64,000 nt of DNA from Alphaproteobacteria bacterium (GTDB lineage Bacteria > Pseudomonadota > Alphaproteobacteria > GCA-2731375): the NCBI GenBank assembly GCA_965232515.1, contig CBDDPY010000002.1:2272001-2336000 (forward strand), written 5' to 3'. Shown piece after piece: positions 9,706-19,806 of this stretch (position 1 is its first letter; the number at the start of each line of letters is the position of its first letter). The position numbers were made by a program, and so were the translations under genes. The notes under the pieces are model-generated. The model was given only the letters and a program-made list of their open reading frames with translations. It had not been told where the DNA came from and ran no database searches.

Positions 9706-9918
9706 ATGCTGAGCCCGTACCTGAAGCGTCCGCTGCGCAGCCTGCAGCAGGCGCTCGACGACCGGCGTCGCAACGAGAAGCCAGATAGTGGGGGGCTGGC
9801 CGTCGTCGACGCCGACCCTTTTGTAACCCTGGACGGACGGTTCCTGTCCGCCCGCGATTTCTTCGGCAAAAACGCCGAAGACTCGACCAGCGTAACCAAA
9901 CTGCGACGCCGCGGCTGA
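9706..9918 (+). CDS. Small hypothetical protein (70 aa)
   Basis: AGGAGG RBS before ATG 9706; MLSPYLKRPLRSLQQALDDRRRNEK...; fills the gap between genes on the opposite strand. Confidence 0.65.
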   Translation: MLSPYLKRPLRSLQQALDDRRRNEKPDSGGLAVVDADPFVTLDGRFLSARDFFGKNAEDSTSVTKLRRRG

Positions 9919-9960
9919 TGATCAGCCGCGGCCGCAGGCCCGTACCCAGACCTCTCCGAG

Positions 9961-11067
9961 CTAGCTGTCCGATTGAGCCCGTTCCGGGTAGAGCGACAGC
10001 AGGCCGTCTGCGCTCGCCGGACAGACGCCGCGCTCCGTCACCAGACCGGTGACCAGGCGTGCCGGCGTGACGTCAAAGGCATAATTCGCCGCCGGCGCCG
10101 CATCCGGCGTCACCGAGACCTCGACAACCTCGCCATCGGCCGTCCGGCCGCGCAACCGCGTGACCTCGGCGGCATCCCGTTGCTCGATCGGGATCTCGGT
10201 GCGGCCGTCGCGCACGGTCCAGTCGATGGTGCTGTGGGGCAGCGCGACATAGAACGGCACGCCGTTGTCGTGCGCCGCCAGCGCCTTCAGATAGGTGCCG
10301 ATCTTGTTGCAGACATCGCCGGTCGAGGTCGTGCGATCGGTGCCGATCATGCAGAGATCGACCTCGCCATGCTGCATCAGATGACCGCCGGCATTATCAA
10401 CGATCACCGTGTGCGGGACACCGTGGCTGCCGAGCTCCCAGGCGGTCAGCGCCGCGCCCTGGTTGCGCGGCCGGGTCTCGTCGACCCAGACATGCACCGG
10501 CACGCCGTCGTCGTGCGCCATGTAGATGGACGCCAGCGCCGTGCCCCAGTCGACCGTCGCCAGCCAGCCGGCATTGCAATGGGTCAGCACATTGACCGGC
10601 CGGTCGCGGCCGGCCCGCTCCCACGCCTCGCGGATCAGTGGCGCGCCGTGGGTGCCGATCGCGTGGCACGTGGCGACGTCGTCGTCGCAAATCTCGGCGG
10701 CCCGGGCATAGGCGGTGGCCAGCCGTTCGCCGTGCGGGCGGTTGCGCAGGGCGTCGCGCATCTCGTCCAACGCCCAGCGCAGATTGACCGCGGTCGGCCG
10801 GGTGGCCAGCAACTGCGCATGCGCACGGTCGACGGCCGTGTCGCTGGTGTCCGCCCGCAGCGCCAGACAGATCCCATAGGCCGCCGTCGCGCCGATCAGC
10901 GGCGCCCCGCGCACGACCATGTCGCGGATCGCCACAGCGGCGTCATCGACGGTGGTCAACTGCTTCACGCCGAACTCGAACGGCAACAGCGTCTGGTCGA
11001 TCACCGACACCGACCAGCCGTCCTCGTTCAGCCAGATGCTGCGGTAGTGGGTGCCGTCAATGTTCAT
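9961..11067 (-). CDS. mtnA: S-methyl-5-thioribose-1-phosphate isomerase
   Basis: [58 protein letters not shown] and NYAFDVTP. Confidence 0.95.
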   Translation of the reverse strand: MNIDGTHYRSIWLNEDGWSVSVIDQTLLPFEFGVKQLTTVDDAAVAIRDMVVRGAPLIGATAAYGICLALRADTSDTAVDRAHAQLLATRPTAVNLRWALDEMRDALRNRPHGERLATAYARAAEICDDDVATCHAIGTHGAPLIREAWERAGRDRPVNVLTHCNAGWLATVDWGTALASIYMAHDDGVPVHVWVDETRPRNQGAALTAWELGSHGVPHTVIVDNAGGHLMQHGEVDLCMIGTDRTTSTGDVCNKIGTYLKALAAHDNGVPFYVALPHSTIDWTVRDGRTEIPIEQRDAAEVTRLRGRTADGEVVEVSVTPDAAPAANYAFDVTPARLVTGLVTERGVCPASADGLLSLYPERAQSDS

Positions 11068-11081
11068 GGGCGAACACCTTG

Positions 11082-11828
11082 CTAACCAACGTAGAGACCA
11101 CCGTTCACGTCCAGGATGGCGCCGGAGAAATAGCTGGCCCCCGGCGAGCACAGGAACGCGATCGGCCAGGCAATCTCGTCCGGCCGGCCCATGCGGCGCA
11201 AGGGGTACTTTTCGGCGTCGTAAGGCGTCGACTGGGTCATCTCCGTCGTCACCGGCCCCGGCGCGACCCCGTTCACCAGCACGCCCTTGGGCGCCGCCCG
11301 CTTGGCCAGCCAATAGACCAGCGCATGCACGCCGCCTTTGGACGCCACATAGTGCGGCTGCACGATCGGCGAAATGCCGCCCATGCGGCCACCGATCGAA
11401 CCGACGAGCACGATCCGGCCGTCGCCGGCCTCGGCCATGCGGGGCAGCCAGGCGCGGGCTACATTCAGACAGCCAAGCACGTTCACGTCCATCACCCGAT
11501 GGAATACGTCGTCCCAGTTATCGGTTTCGAGCCAGTCTTCCTCGAGCGGGCAGATTCCGGCGAGCGCGACGGCCGCATCAATCGGGCCGCAGCTTTCTGC
11601 CAGCGCTTCGACCGCGCGTCGGTCGGCGATGTCCATTTGGTGGCTCGACAGCTTGACGCCGTCTGCCTGCAGTTCCTTGGCGAGGTCGTCGAATTCAACG
11701 ACGTCGGTCAGCACGAGTTCGGCGCCCAGCGCCGCGCAAGCGTGCGCCGTGGCGCGGCCGATGCCGCCGCCGGCACCGGTGATGACGACGCGCTTACCGC
11801 TGAGATCGATGGCAGATGATATTGGCAT
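11082..11828 (-). CDS. SDR family oxidoreductase
   Basis: [13 protein letters not shown] (YxxxK) and VNGVAPG. Confidence 0.9.
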   Translation of the reverse strand: MPISSAIDLSGKRVVITGAGGGIGRATAHACAALGAELVLTDVVEFDDLAKELQADGVKLSSHQMDIADRRAVEALAESCGPIDAAVALAGICPLEEDWLETDNWDDVFHRVMDVNVLGCLNVARAWLPRMAEAGDGRIVLVGSIGGRMGGISPIVQPHYVASKGGVHALVYWLAKRAAPKGVLVNGVAPGPVTTEMTQSTPYDAEKYPLRRMGRPDEIAWPIAFLCSPGASYFSGAILDVNGGLYVG

Positions 11829-11884
11829 GGCTCCTCCCGTCGGCGGATGCTACCGCCTGACGGGGGAGGAAACCAAGCTCTGCG

Positions 11885-12391
11885 CTATGCGGCGAAGCTG
11901 GGCGCCTGTTCGAAGCGCCAGCCGAAGGTGCCGCAGGCATAGGCGCTGTCGGGATCGTTGTCGCCGCGCACCGGCAGGAAGACCGAGCGATAAAGAATGC
12001 CGACCCCGGGGCAGGTCTCGAAGCGGCCGTCGACCTCAACCGGCACGGCCTTGCGTTGAGCATCGGCCCAGGCATGGCAAAGCTTGCGGCTGACGGCTGT
12101 CGGCAGGGCCTGCAGCAGGGTCTTTCCCAGAAGATCGACGCTGCAAGCCGCCTGAACAGCCTCGCCACAGAGCACGATGATCGACTTCTCCAGGCGCTGC
12201 TCGGTCCGGACCAGGATGAACCTGTCGCGGAAATCATGATCGGCCGCGAGGTCCAGATCGCGCAGCACAGGGGTCTTGCCCTGCTGGCGGGACTGTTCCC
12301 AGTGGCTGAGGATTTGGCGGGTCGACCGGCGTTCGCCGCTGCTGCTGGCCGGCCTGATCGGATCGGCACCGAGTTCGGTGTGCTGGAACAT
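11885..12391 (-). CDS. Stand-alone PAS-domain protein (PAS_5/DUF1457-like)
   Basis: ERRSTRQILSHWEQ...P.LRDLD...YRSVFLP pattern typical of alphaproteobacterial PAS_5 proteins; AAGGAG RBS before ATG 12391. Confidence 0.65.
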   Translation of the reverse strand: MFQHTELGADPIRPASSSGERRSTRQILSHWEQSRQQGKTPVLRDLDLAADHDFRDRFILVRTEQRLEKSIIVLCGEAVQAACSVDLLGKTLLQALPTAVSRKLCHAWADAQRKAVPVEVDGRFETCPGVGILYRSVFLPVRGDNDPDSAYACGTFGWRFEQAPSFAA

Positions 12392-12468
12392 GGGATTGGT
12401 ACTCCTTAAGCGCAACTTGGTCTCGGCCGGCGACCTCGGCCTTGGGCGTTTTCCACCGGTGTACGCGT

Positions 12469-12485
12469 GGCAAACGCCATGCCAA
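12469..12485 (-). promoter_or_regulatory. Sigma-54 (-24/-12) promoter upstream of the PAS gene
   Basis: Minus strand reads TTGGCATGGCGTTTGCC, with exact GG-N10-GC spacing. Confidence 0.6.
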
Positions 12486-12661
12486 TCCGGACGGCGCGAA
12501 TTCTGTCGGGAAATCCCTGGATTTTTGGTAAACGAGAGCACCGATGGCGCACCGGTTCGGGCCGAGGCGGTCAAATTTGCCGCCCCGGCGGCAGTTCGCG
12601 CCGGTCTTGACCGGACCTGACGCCACGGCAGGGGTCGCGACAATCAGAGGCGGAGCTGGCC

Positions 12662-13741
12662 GTGACAGCGCCCGATGTGACGGTGATTGGTGCAGGCATC
12701 GTCGGTGCGGCGATCGCCCATTTTCTCAGCCGGACCGATGCCCGGGTGCGGTTGATCGATGCGCGGCCGACACCCGGGCGCGGTGTGACGGGCCAGTCAT
12801 TCGGCTGGGTCAACTACGTCACGGCCGAGCCCACGGCATCCGCCGAGATGTACCGGCACCGGCGGGCAGCCTTTGACCACTACGAGCGCCTCAACCAGAG
12901 CCTGAAAGCGCGCCTGTTCGGCCCGCGGCAGGGCTCCCTGGTATGGACGTCATCCGCTCAAGAAACAGAGCGCATGGTCGAGCGGCATACGGCCCAGGGC
13001 AGCCCGACCCGGCTCGTCGACCGAAACGAATTTGCCAAGCTGGCGCCCATGGTGGCGGCGTCCCCCGAACGGGCGGCCTATTCGCCGGACGACTTCGCTC
13101 TGGACCCGGATGAGGCCAGTGAACTGCTCGTGCGAAGCGCCAGGGAAAACGGAATTGAGGTCATCCTGGGCCAGGCGGTCGATGGCGTTCAAATTGAGGC
13201 AGGTTGTGTCGCTGGCGTTCGTCTTGCGGGCGATCTGCTTTCGACCGATATGGTCGTGGTCGCCGCGGGCACGGGCAGTCATCGGCTTCTGTCGGACGTC
13301 CAGCCATCGCTTGGGATCACAGACTCGCCCGCCGCCCTGATCACAATCGCGGCCGACACCGCGCCGTTGGGCAGAATCTTAAGCGGGCCGGAACTGGAGA
13401 TCCGATCGCGCGGCGACAATCAACTCCTGGTCGCCAGCGGCCCGCCCGACGACCCGAATGAGACGGGCAGAATCGCGCTGGGCGAGCGAACGCTTACCAG
13501 CGTCAACCGCATACTGCCAAGCGTCGCGAACGCCTCGGTTCGTTCGGTCGAGATCGGCCGGCGGCCAGCGACAACCGACGATCGACCGCTGGTCGGCCGG
13601 TTGGCCGCCGTTCCGAGCCTCTTCGTTGCCGTCGCGCATCCCGGCGTTATCCTGGCGCCCGCCATCGGCCGGACCATCGCCGAGCAGGTCTTCGACCGAC
13701 CCGTCTCGACGGAACTGGGCGACAACATTATCGGGCCGTGA
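12662..13741 (+). CDS. FAD-dependent oxidoreductase (DAO/glycine oxidase-like)
   Basis: VIGAGIVGAAIA Rossmann motif, VTGQSFGWVN, RRP...D.RPLVG and HPGVILAP. Confidence 0.85.
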   Translation: MTAPDVTVIGAGIVGAAIAHFLSRTDARVRLIDARPTPGRGVTGQSFGWVNYVTAEPTASAEMYRHRRAAFDHYERLNQSLKARLFGPRQGSLVWTSSAQETERMVERHTAQGSPTRLVDRNEFAKLAPMVAASPERAAYSPDDFALDPDEASELLVRSARENGIEVILGQAVDGVQIEAGCVAGVRLAGDLLSTDMVVVAAGTGSHRLLSDVQPSLGITDSPAALITIAADTAPLGRILSGPELEIRSRGDNQLLVASGPPDDPNETGRIALGERTLTSVNRILPSVANASVRSVEIGRRPATTDDRPLVGRLAAVPSLFVAVAHPGVILAPAIGRTIAEQVFDRPVSTELGDNIIGP

Positions 13742-13805
13742 TGCCTCCGACGGAGACGAAAACGGTCACGGTCGCAGCCGGCCCATCCGATCTAGGATTA
13801 GGAGC

Positions 13806-14987
13806 ATGACCAGCAAACGACGCATGATTCTGGCAATCGCCGTAATCGGGCCCTGCCTCCTCGGCATGGCGACGACCGGCGCCGCCGAACAGTCCGCCAA
13901 GGAAACCGAGCGGCGAATCCTGCAAGTCGGCCCGAACCGGGCGCTGACCTCGCCGGCGCAGGCCGCGATCAAGGCCCGCGACGGCGATATCATCGAGATC
14001 GACGCGGCGGAATATCTCGGCGACGTCGCGGTCTGGCGGGCCGACAACCTGACCATCCGGGGCGTCGGCGGCCGGCCGCTGCTGGACGCCCGCGGGCGTT
14101 CGGCCCAGGGCAAGGCGATCTGGGTCACGAACGGCGCCGACATCACCGTCGAGAATCTAGAATTCGCCAACGCCAAGGTGCCTGACCGCAACGGCGCCGG
14201 CATCCGCGCACAGGGCAAGAATCTGACCGTGCGCAATGTCGTCTTCCGCGACAACGAGGACGGCATTCTGGCGGTCGGGCGCGAGGACAGCACCATCGTC
14301 ATCGAGCATTCCGAGTTCGCCCGCAACGGCTTCGGCGACGGGGCATCGCACGGCCTCTACATCAACCGGATCAAGCGTCTGGTGTTCCGCTACAACTTCG
14401 CGCACCACGCCAAGGTCGGCCATCAGCTGAAGACCCGCGCGCGCGAGAACGTCATCGTCGGCAACCTGTTCATGGACGGCGAGAGCGGCAATTCCAGCTA
14501 TGCCATCGACATGCCGAACGCCCGCGTCGCCTACGTGCTCGGCAACGTGCTGCAGCAGAGCAACGCGGCGATGAACAACGCGCTGATTTACGTTGGCGGC
14601 AAGGCGGGTGGCCAAAACCCGCGCGTCTTTATCGCCAACAACACGGTGATCAACGACCGGGAGCGCGGCGGCGTGTTCGTCCTGAACAACAGTCCGATCA
14701 CGGTGGGCGTGCACAACAACCTGCTGATCGGCAAGCTGCGCATCGTCAGGGGCAAGGCCATCGAGTCGCATAACCTGAAGGGCGACCGGGAATTCTTTGT
14801 CGATGCCGGCAACCTGGACTTCCGGCTGCGCGCCGGCGCGGCGGCCATCGACGCCGGCCTCGATCTGGGCATGGACGGACGGATCGCGCTGGCGCCGGAC
14901 GGCGAGTACCGGCACCGGGCGGAACGCCGTGACCGGCCGAAGTCTGGACCGATCGATATCGGCGCCTACGAGTTCACCGCAAATTGA
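13806..14987 (+). CDS. Secreted right-handed parallel beta-helix (pectin-lyase-like) protein
   Basis: Signal peptide; NLTIRGVGGRP, GKAIWV, DRNGAGIR, FRDNEDGIL, HQLKTRA and C-terminal DIGAYEF. Confidence 0.8.
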   Translation: MTSKRRMILAIAVIGPCLLGMATTGAAEQSAKETERRILQVGPNRALTSPAQAAIKARDGDIIEIDAAEYLGDVAVWRADNLTIRGVGGRPLLDARGRSAQGKAIWVTNGADITVENLEFANAKVPDRNGAGIRAQGKNLTVRNVVFRDNEDGILAVGREDSTIVIEHSEFARNGFGDGASHGLYINRIKRLVFRYNFAHHAKVGHQLKTRARENVIVGNLFMDGESGNSSYAIDMPNARVAYVLGNVLQQSNAAMNNALIYVGGKAGGQNPRVFIANNTVINDRERGGVFVLNNSPITVGVHNNLLIGKLRIVRGKAIESHNLKGDREFFVDAGNLDFRLRAGAAAIDAGLDLGMDGRIALAPDGEYRHRAERRDRPKSGPIDIGAYEFTAN

Positions 14988-15087
14988 TCGGCGGATCCGG
15001 CGGAATTCAGCCGAATCCGACGCCCCGTTCGTTGTCAAGCATTCATTAATCTTGCTTATTGTATGCTAGACAACTAATTCTGGTGCC

Positions 15088-15594
15088 ATGCTGAAACCGC
15101 GAACAGACGAGCCCGAGCGCCGCGAAAGCGCGGAGCGCAACATCGGCTTTCTGCTGAATGACGCCGCGCGGCTGATGCGGGTGAACTACGATCGTCGCAT
15201 GGCCGAGCTCGGCCTGACCCGTTCGCAGTGGTGGGTGCTGACGCATCTTTATTTCAACGAGGGCATCACCCAGACCGAGCTGTCGAGCCTGCTGGATATC
15301 GAGCGCGCCTCGCTCGGCCGCCTGCTCGACCGTCTGGAGCAGAAAGGCTGGGTCGAACGCCGTCCCGACGACAGCGACCGGCGGATCAAGCGCGTGTTCC
15401 TGACCGGCGAGGTCGAGCCGCTGATGCAGACCATGCGCGCGGTCGCCGCCGAGACCCGGGCCGACTCGCTCTCGGGCCTGTCGCCGGCGGATCAGGAACA
15501 GATGATCGAGTTCCTGTTGAAGATCAAACACAACCTGTTGCGCATCAACGGCGAGAACGGCCGGCACCTGAAAATCGCGGGAGACGACGCATGA
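15088..15594 (+). CDS. MarR/SlyA family transcriptional regulator
   Basis: LGLTRSQWWVL, GITQTELS and LDRLEQKGWVERR...DRRIKRVFLT. Confidence 0.9.
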   Translation: MLKPRTDEPERRESAERNIGFLLNDAARLMRVNYDRRMAELGLTRSQWWVLTHLYFNEGITQTELSSLLDIERASLGRLLDRLEQKGWVERRPDDSDRRIKRVFLTGEVEPLMQTMRAVAAETRADSLSGLSPADQEQMIEFLLKIKHNLLRINGENGRHLKIAGDDA

Positions 15595-16829
15595 GCCAGC
15601 CGGCGCGACGCGAAAATCCCGACAACAGGCCGAAGATCGAGCCGGTCGAGGACACGCCGGTCGAGCAGACGCCGTCCGACCCGGTCGTCACCGAGCTGAC
15701 GCCGGCGCCGCGCCGGCGGGGCCGCGCCATCCTGCGCGGCGCGCTGCGCTTCAAGCTGATGATCCTGCTGCCGCTGGCGGCGCTGATCTACGGCGCGATC
15801 TACTGGGGCCAGAGCACGCGCTACATCACCACCGAGAACGCCTATGTGAAGAGCCACGTCGTCGCCATCAGCGCCGATGTCGATGGCCGGGTGATCGAGG
15901 TCAACGTGAGGGAGAACGACCGCGTCAATGCCGCCCAAGTGCTGTTCCGGCTGGACCCGCGGCCGTTCGAGATCGAGGTCCAGGGCGTGCGCGCCAGGCT
16001 GGACGCGGTCGTGTCCGAAATCAGCGCGATGCGCGCCGAATATCTGAGCGGCCGGCAGGAGACCGGCCAGATGCAGGAAATGGTGCGCTACATGCAGAAC
16101 GAGTTCGACCGGCAGGAGCGGTTGACGGCGCGCGGCGTATCGACGGCCGTGAAGCGCGACGAAGCCGAGCACGAACTGGAGATGGCCCGCCGCGAACTCG
16201 CCACCAAGCAGCAGGAAAACCAGACCGTACTGGCCAAGCTCGGCGGCAACGCCAACATCCCGGCCGAGCAGCATCCGAACTACTTGAGCGTGCTGGCCGA
16301 GCTCGACCGGGCGCAGCTCGATTTCGACCGCACGCAGATCGTGGCGCCGGCCGACGGCGTGGTCAGCAACATCAGCCTGCGGCTCGGCGAATATGTCGAG
16401 GAAGGCGAGCCGGTGTTCTCGCTGATCCAGAGCAGCGAAACCTGGATCGAGGCTAATCTGAAAGAGACCCAGCTGACGCACCTGCATGTGGGTCAGAAGG
16501 CGACGCTGGTGGCCGACGCCTATCCCGCCCTGACCTTCAACGCGACGGTCGAGAGCATCAGTCCGGCGACCGGCGCGGAGTTCGCCCTGCTGCCGCCGCA
16601 GAACGCCACCGGCAACTGGGTCAAGGTGGTGCAGCGCCTGCCGGTGCGGCTCGCCATCGAGGAGAACCCGGACCTGCCGCCGCTGCGCGCCGGCATGACG
16701 GTGACCGTCAGCATCGACAGCGAACGCGACCGCAGCGTGCGCACGCTGGTCGAGGAAGCGATTGCGCTGGTCGGCCTCGACGGCGTGGTGCCGGCAGGCT
16801 GGCTTGCCTACCTGCCCAACGGACACTGA
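15591..16829 (+). CDS. HlyD/EmrA family membrane fusion (periplasmic adaptor) protein
   Basis: TTENAYV, IVAPADGVV, WIEANLKETQL and SPATGAEFALLPPQNATGNWVKVVQRLPVR; ATGA overlap with the MarR gene. Confidence 0.9.
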   Translation: MSQPARRENPDNRPKIEPVEDTPVEQTPSDPVVTELTPAPRRRGRAILRGALRFKLMILLPLAALIYGAIYWGQSTRYITTENAYVKSHVVAISADVDGRVIEVNVRENDRVNAAQVLFRLDPRPFEIEVQGVRARLDAVVSEISAMRAEYLSGRQETGQMQEMVRYMQNEFDRQERLTARGVSTAVKRDEAEHELEMARRELATKQQENQTVLAKLGGNANIPAEQHPNYLSVLAELDRAQLDFDRTQIVAPADGVVSNISLRLGEYVEEGEPVFSLIQSSETWIEANLKETQLTHLHVGQKATLVADAYPALTFNATVESISPATGAEFALLPPQNATGNWVKVVQRLPVRLAIEENPDLPPLRAGMTVTVSIDSERDRSVRTLVEEAIALVGLDGVVPAGWLAYLPNGH

Positions 16830-16954
16830 ACGTCCCGTCGTTGTGATTGAAATCACCGCGCCAGCAACGGCCGGCTTGTAAAGTCGGCGGCGTTTCCGCA
16901 CCCTGTCATCGGGAGACACGGCGACGACAACGCCGGCACGCTGGGAGGATGTCG

Positions 16955-18007
16955 ATGATCTTTCGGCAATTGTTCGACAGTGTCTCCAGCACCTACACGT
17001 ATCTCATCGCCAGCCGCCGCGGCGGCGAGGCGCTGATCATCGATCCGGTGCTGGAGAAGGTGGATCGGTATCTCCGGCTGATGGACGAGCTCGACCTGAA
17101 GCTGGTGAAGGCGATCGACACGCACGTGCACGCCGACCACATCACCGGCCTTGGCGCGCTGCGCGACCGCACCAAGTGCATCACCGTGATGGGCGAGCAG
17201 AGCGGCGTCGACGTGGTCTCGATGCGCGTCGGCGATGGGGACCGGATCGAGATCGAGGGCGTCTGCCTGGACACGATCTATACGCCCGGCCACACGGACG
17301 ATTCCTATTCCTTCCTGATGGGCGACCGCGTGTTCACCGGCGACACGCTGCTGATCCGCGGCACCGGACGCACCGACTTCCAAAACGGCAGCGCCCGCGA
17401 CCAGTACGAGTCGATCTTCGGCAGACTGCTGACGCTGCCGGACGAGACGCTGGTCTATCCGGCGCACGACTATAAGGGCGACATGGTCAGCACCATCGCC
17501 GAGGAACGCGCCTGCAACCCGCGCCTGCAGGTGGACTCGGTCGATCAGTATGTTGAGATCATGGCCAGCCTGAACCTCGCCAACCCGAAGATGATGGACG
17601 TCGCCGTGCCGGCGAACCTGAAGGTTGGCCTGTCGCAGGACGAGATCGAGGCGCGCGGCTGGTCGCTCACCTGCGATGCCGCCAAGACGCTGGTCGGCGC
17701 CCAGGACGCCATCATCGTCGACCTGCGCGACCGGGCCGAGCGCGAGCGGCACGGCGAGATCCCGGGCTCCGTGCACGCCCCCTACCCCGACCTCGACGAG
17801 AACGTCGAGCCCGGCGGCCTGCTGCACGAACTGGCGACGGCGACCGGCAAACGCCTCGTGTTCTACTGCGCCTTCGGCGAGCGTTCGGCCATGGCCGTGG
17901 AGGCCGCCCAGACCGCCGGCCTGAGCAACGCCTGCCACATCAAGGGCGGCATCGACGCCTGGAAAAAGATCGGCGGGCCGTTGTCGGGGGAGACCGGAAC
18001 GGACTGA
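16955..18007 (+). CDS. Persulfide dioxygenase (ETHE1-like MBL fold) fused to C-terminal rhodanese
   Basis: MIFRQLFD..SSTYTYL, THVHADHITG, TPGHT, FTGDTL, GRTDFQ and YPAHDY, followed by the rhodanese motif FYCAFGERS...KGGIDAW. Confidence 0.9.
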   Translation: MIFRQLFDSVSSTYTYLIASRRGGEALIIDPVLEKVDRYLRLMDELDLKLVKAIDTHVHADHITGLGALRDRTKCITVMGEQSGVDVVSMRVGDGDRIEIEGVCLDTIYTPGHTDDSYSFLMGDRVFTGDTLLIRGTGRTDFQNGSARDQYESIFGRLLTLPDETLVYPAHDYKGDMVSTIAEERACNPRLQVDSVDQYVEIMASLNLANPKMMDVAVPANLKVGLSQDEIEARGWSLTCDAAKTLVGAQDAIIVDLRDRAERERHGEIPGSVHAPYPDLDENVEPGGLLHELATATGKRLVFYCAFGERSAMAVEAAQTAGLSNACHIKGGIDAWKKIGGPLSGETGTD

Positions 18008-18016
18008 CGGCGGCGG

Positions 18017-18481
18017 CTACCAGTAGCGGCCCATGACTTCCTTGGCCCAGGCGGGTTCGCGGACATCGCCGCGCGGGGCGAAGCCGGAGATGTAGGGTTT
18101 GATGTCGAGGACGGGCGTGTCGTCGATGGCATCCAACCCCTCGACCACGACCGACAGGCCGTCGATGGCGACCAGGTTGCAGACCGTGACGCCGAGGCGG
18201 TTCGGCCGGTTGCGGCCGCGCTGGGCATAGATGCCGACATCCGGCAGGTCGGCGCGGTCGCGCGGGTGCCGACTGCCCTCGACCACGGTGCCGAGCGGCA
18301 CGCGGTGGAACTGATAGATCACCTCGATATGGCTGAACTCCTCGAGCCCGACCAGCGCCCGGGGCCGGACCTTGGCGCGGTCCAGCTCGATCACGGCGCG
18401 GACGCTGCCCCAATTGTCCCGGATCGGCTCGCTGCGTCCCCCGCGCACGACGCCGATCACATCCAGTTCCAGTTTCGTCAT
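18017..18481 (-). CDS. TsaA/TrmO-like SAM-binding protein
   Basis: GLEEFSH, GIYAQR..NRPNRLG and GLDAIDDTPVLDIKPY. Confidence 0.85.
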   Translation of the reverse strand: MTKLELDVIGVVRGGRSEPIRDNWGSVRAVIELDRAKVRPRALVGLEEFSHIEVIYQFHRVPLGTVVEGSRHPRDRADLPDVGIYAQRGRNRPNRLGVTVCNLVAIDGLSVVVEGLDAIDDTPVLDIKPYISGFAPRGDVREPAWAKEVMGRYW

Positions 18482-18484
18482 ATG

Positions 18485-19690
18485 TCAGTCCAGATCGCTG
18501 CGCCGGATGTGACAGTCGGCGCGCTTCAGCACGTCGGGCTGTAGCTTGGTGCCGAGGCCTGGGCCATCCGGCGCCCGGATCATGCCGTTCTCGACCGGCG
18601 GCAGGGCCGTCACCAGTTCCTGGTACCAGCCATAATAAAATGAGCGCACCATCTCCTGGATCAAGGCGTTGGTGGCGTTCAGCGACAGGTGCACCGAGGC
18701 CGTGAGCAGGACCGGGCCGGTGCAGTCGTGCGGCGCCACCGGCAGGTGCCAGGCCTCGGCCATGGCGCCGATCTTGCGCGCTTCCGACAGGCCGCCGACC
18801 CAAGCCAGGTCCAGCATGACGACGCCGACGGCGTTGAGCTCCAAGAGCTGCCGGAACTGGCCGCGGCCGGCCAACGTCTCCGACGCCGTCACCGGCACCC
18901 GGGTCGAGGCCGCGTACTCGGCGAGGCTGCCGAGGCTGTCCATCTTGATCGGGTCCTCGAACCAGAAGGGATCATAGGGCTCGAGCGCCGCGGCGATGCG
19001 TTTCGCCGCCGTCAGGTTCCACATGGAGTGCAGCTCGACCATGATGTCCATTTTGTTGCCGACGGCATCGCGGATCTTGCCGAAGGGCTCGAGCGCCTTG
19101 TCGAGGTCGGGGCCGGAGATGTACATGCCGCCCGACGCCTCGGCGGCATAGTCGAACGGCCAGATCTTCATGCCGGTGATGCCCATCTCAAGCAGGCTGA
19201 GCGCCAGTTCATCGGCCCGGTTCAGAAACGCGTCGAGGTCCTCGTACGGCCCTTCCGGCTGGCCGTCCGGCAGGCCGAAATTGTCGGTGCCCTGGTCCTT
19301 GCGCGCCCGCACGTATTTGTAGCCGGCACAGGTGTTGTACACCCGGATCTGGTCCCGGCTGGCGCCGCCCAGGAGCTGGTAGATCGGCTGGTTCGTCGCC
19401 TGGCCCCAGATATCCCAAAGCGCGATATCGACGCCGGAGTTGCCGCGCGTCTCGGCGCCGGAGCTGGAAAAGCCGAGATAGCCGGTCAGGCCCTTGAAGT
19501 GCCGGTCGATCTGCAGCGGATCCTTGCCCAGCAAATAGGGCGCGATGAAGCTGTGGATATGGGCTTCGGCCGAGGCCGTGCCGTAGAAGATCTCGCCGAG
19601 GCCGACCAGGCCTTCGTCGGTGTGCACATGTACCCAGAGCAGATTCGGAAATTCGTCGAGACGGATGGTCTCGATGGCAGTGACTTTCAT
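18485..19690 (-). CDS. Mandelate racemase/muconate lactonizing enzyme family dehydratase
   Basis: TDEGLVGLGE, DIALWDIWG, KIWPF, MVELH, WFEDP, ASETL and APHDC. Confidence 0.9.
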   Translation of the reverse strand: MKVTAIETIRLDEFPNLLWVHVHTDEGLVGLGEIFYGTASAEAHIHSFIAPYLLGKDPLQIDRHFKGLTGYLGFSSSGAETRGNSGVDIALWDIWGQATNQPIYQLLGGASRDQIRVYNTCAGYKYVRARKDQGTDNFGLPDGQPEGPYEDLDAFLNRADELALSLLEMGITGMKIWPFDYAAEASGGMYISGPDLDKALEPFGKIRDAVGNKMDIMVELHSMWNLTAAKRIAAALEPYDPFWFEDPIKMDSLGSLAEYAASTRVPVTASETLAGRGQFRQLLELNAVGVVMLDLAWVGGLSEARKIGAMAEAWHLPVAPHDCTGPVLLTASVHLSLNATNALIQEMVRSFYYGWYQELVTALPPVENGMIRAPDGPGLGTKLQPDVLKRADCHIRRSDLD

Positions 19691-19806
19691 GCGCGGCCTC
19701 CCTGTGGCGTGCTTGCGACGCCTGGCCCTCCAAGTCTAACGGGTTTGAGGGCGGCATGCAGCGGGGCTAATATCACCGTTTCACCGACATCCTGGAGCGA
19801 CGAGCG

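Noticed and set aside
13458-16829. Long N-terminal extensions on track ORFs (13458, 15228; likewise 47457..49610, 50486..52144, 62703..63845)
   Set aside because: The extensions overlap upstream genes in another frame; internal starts with an RBS or stop-start coupling fit better.
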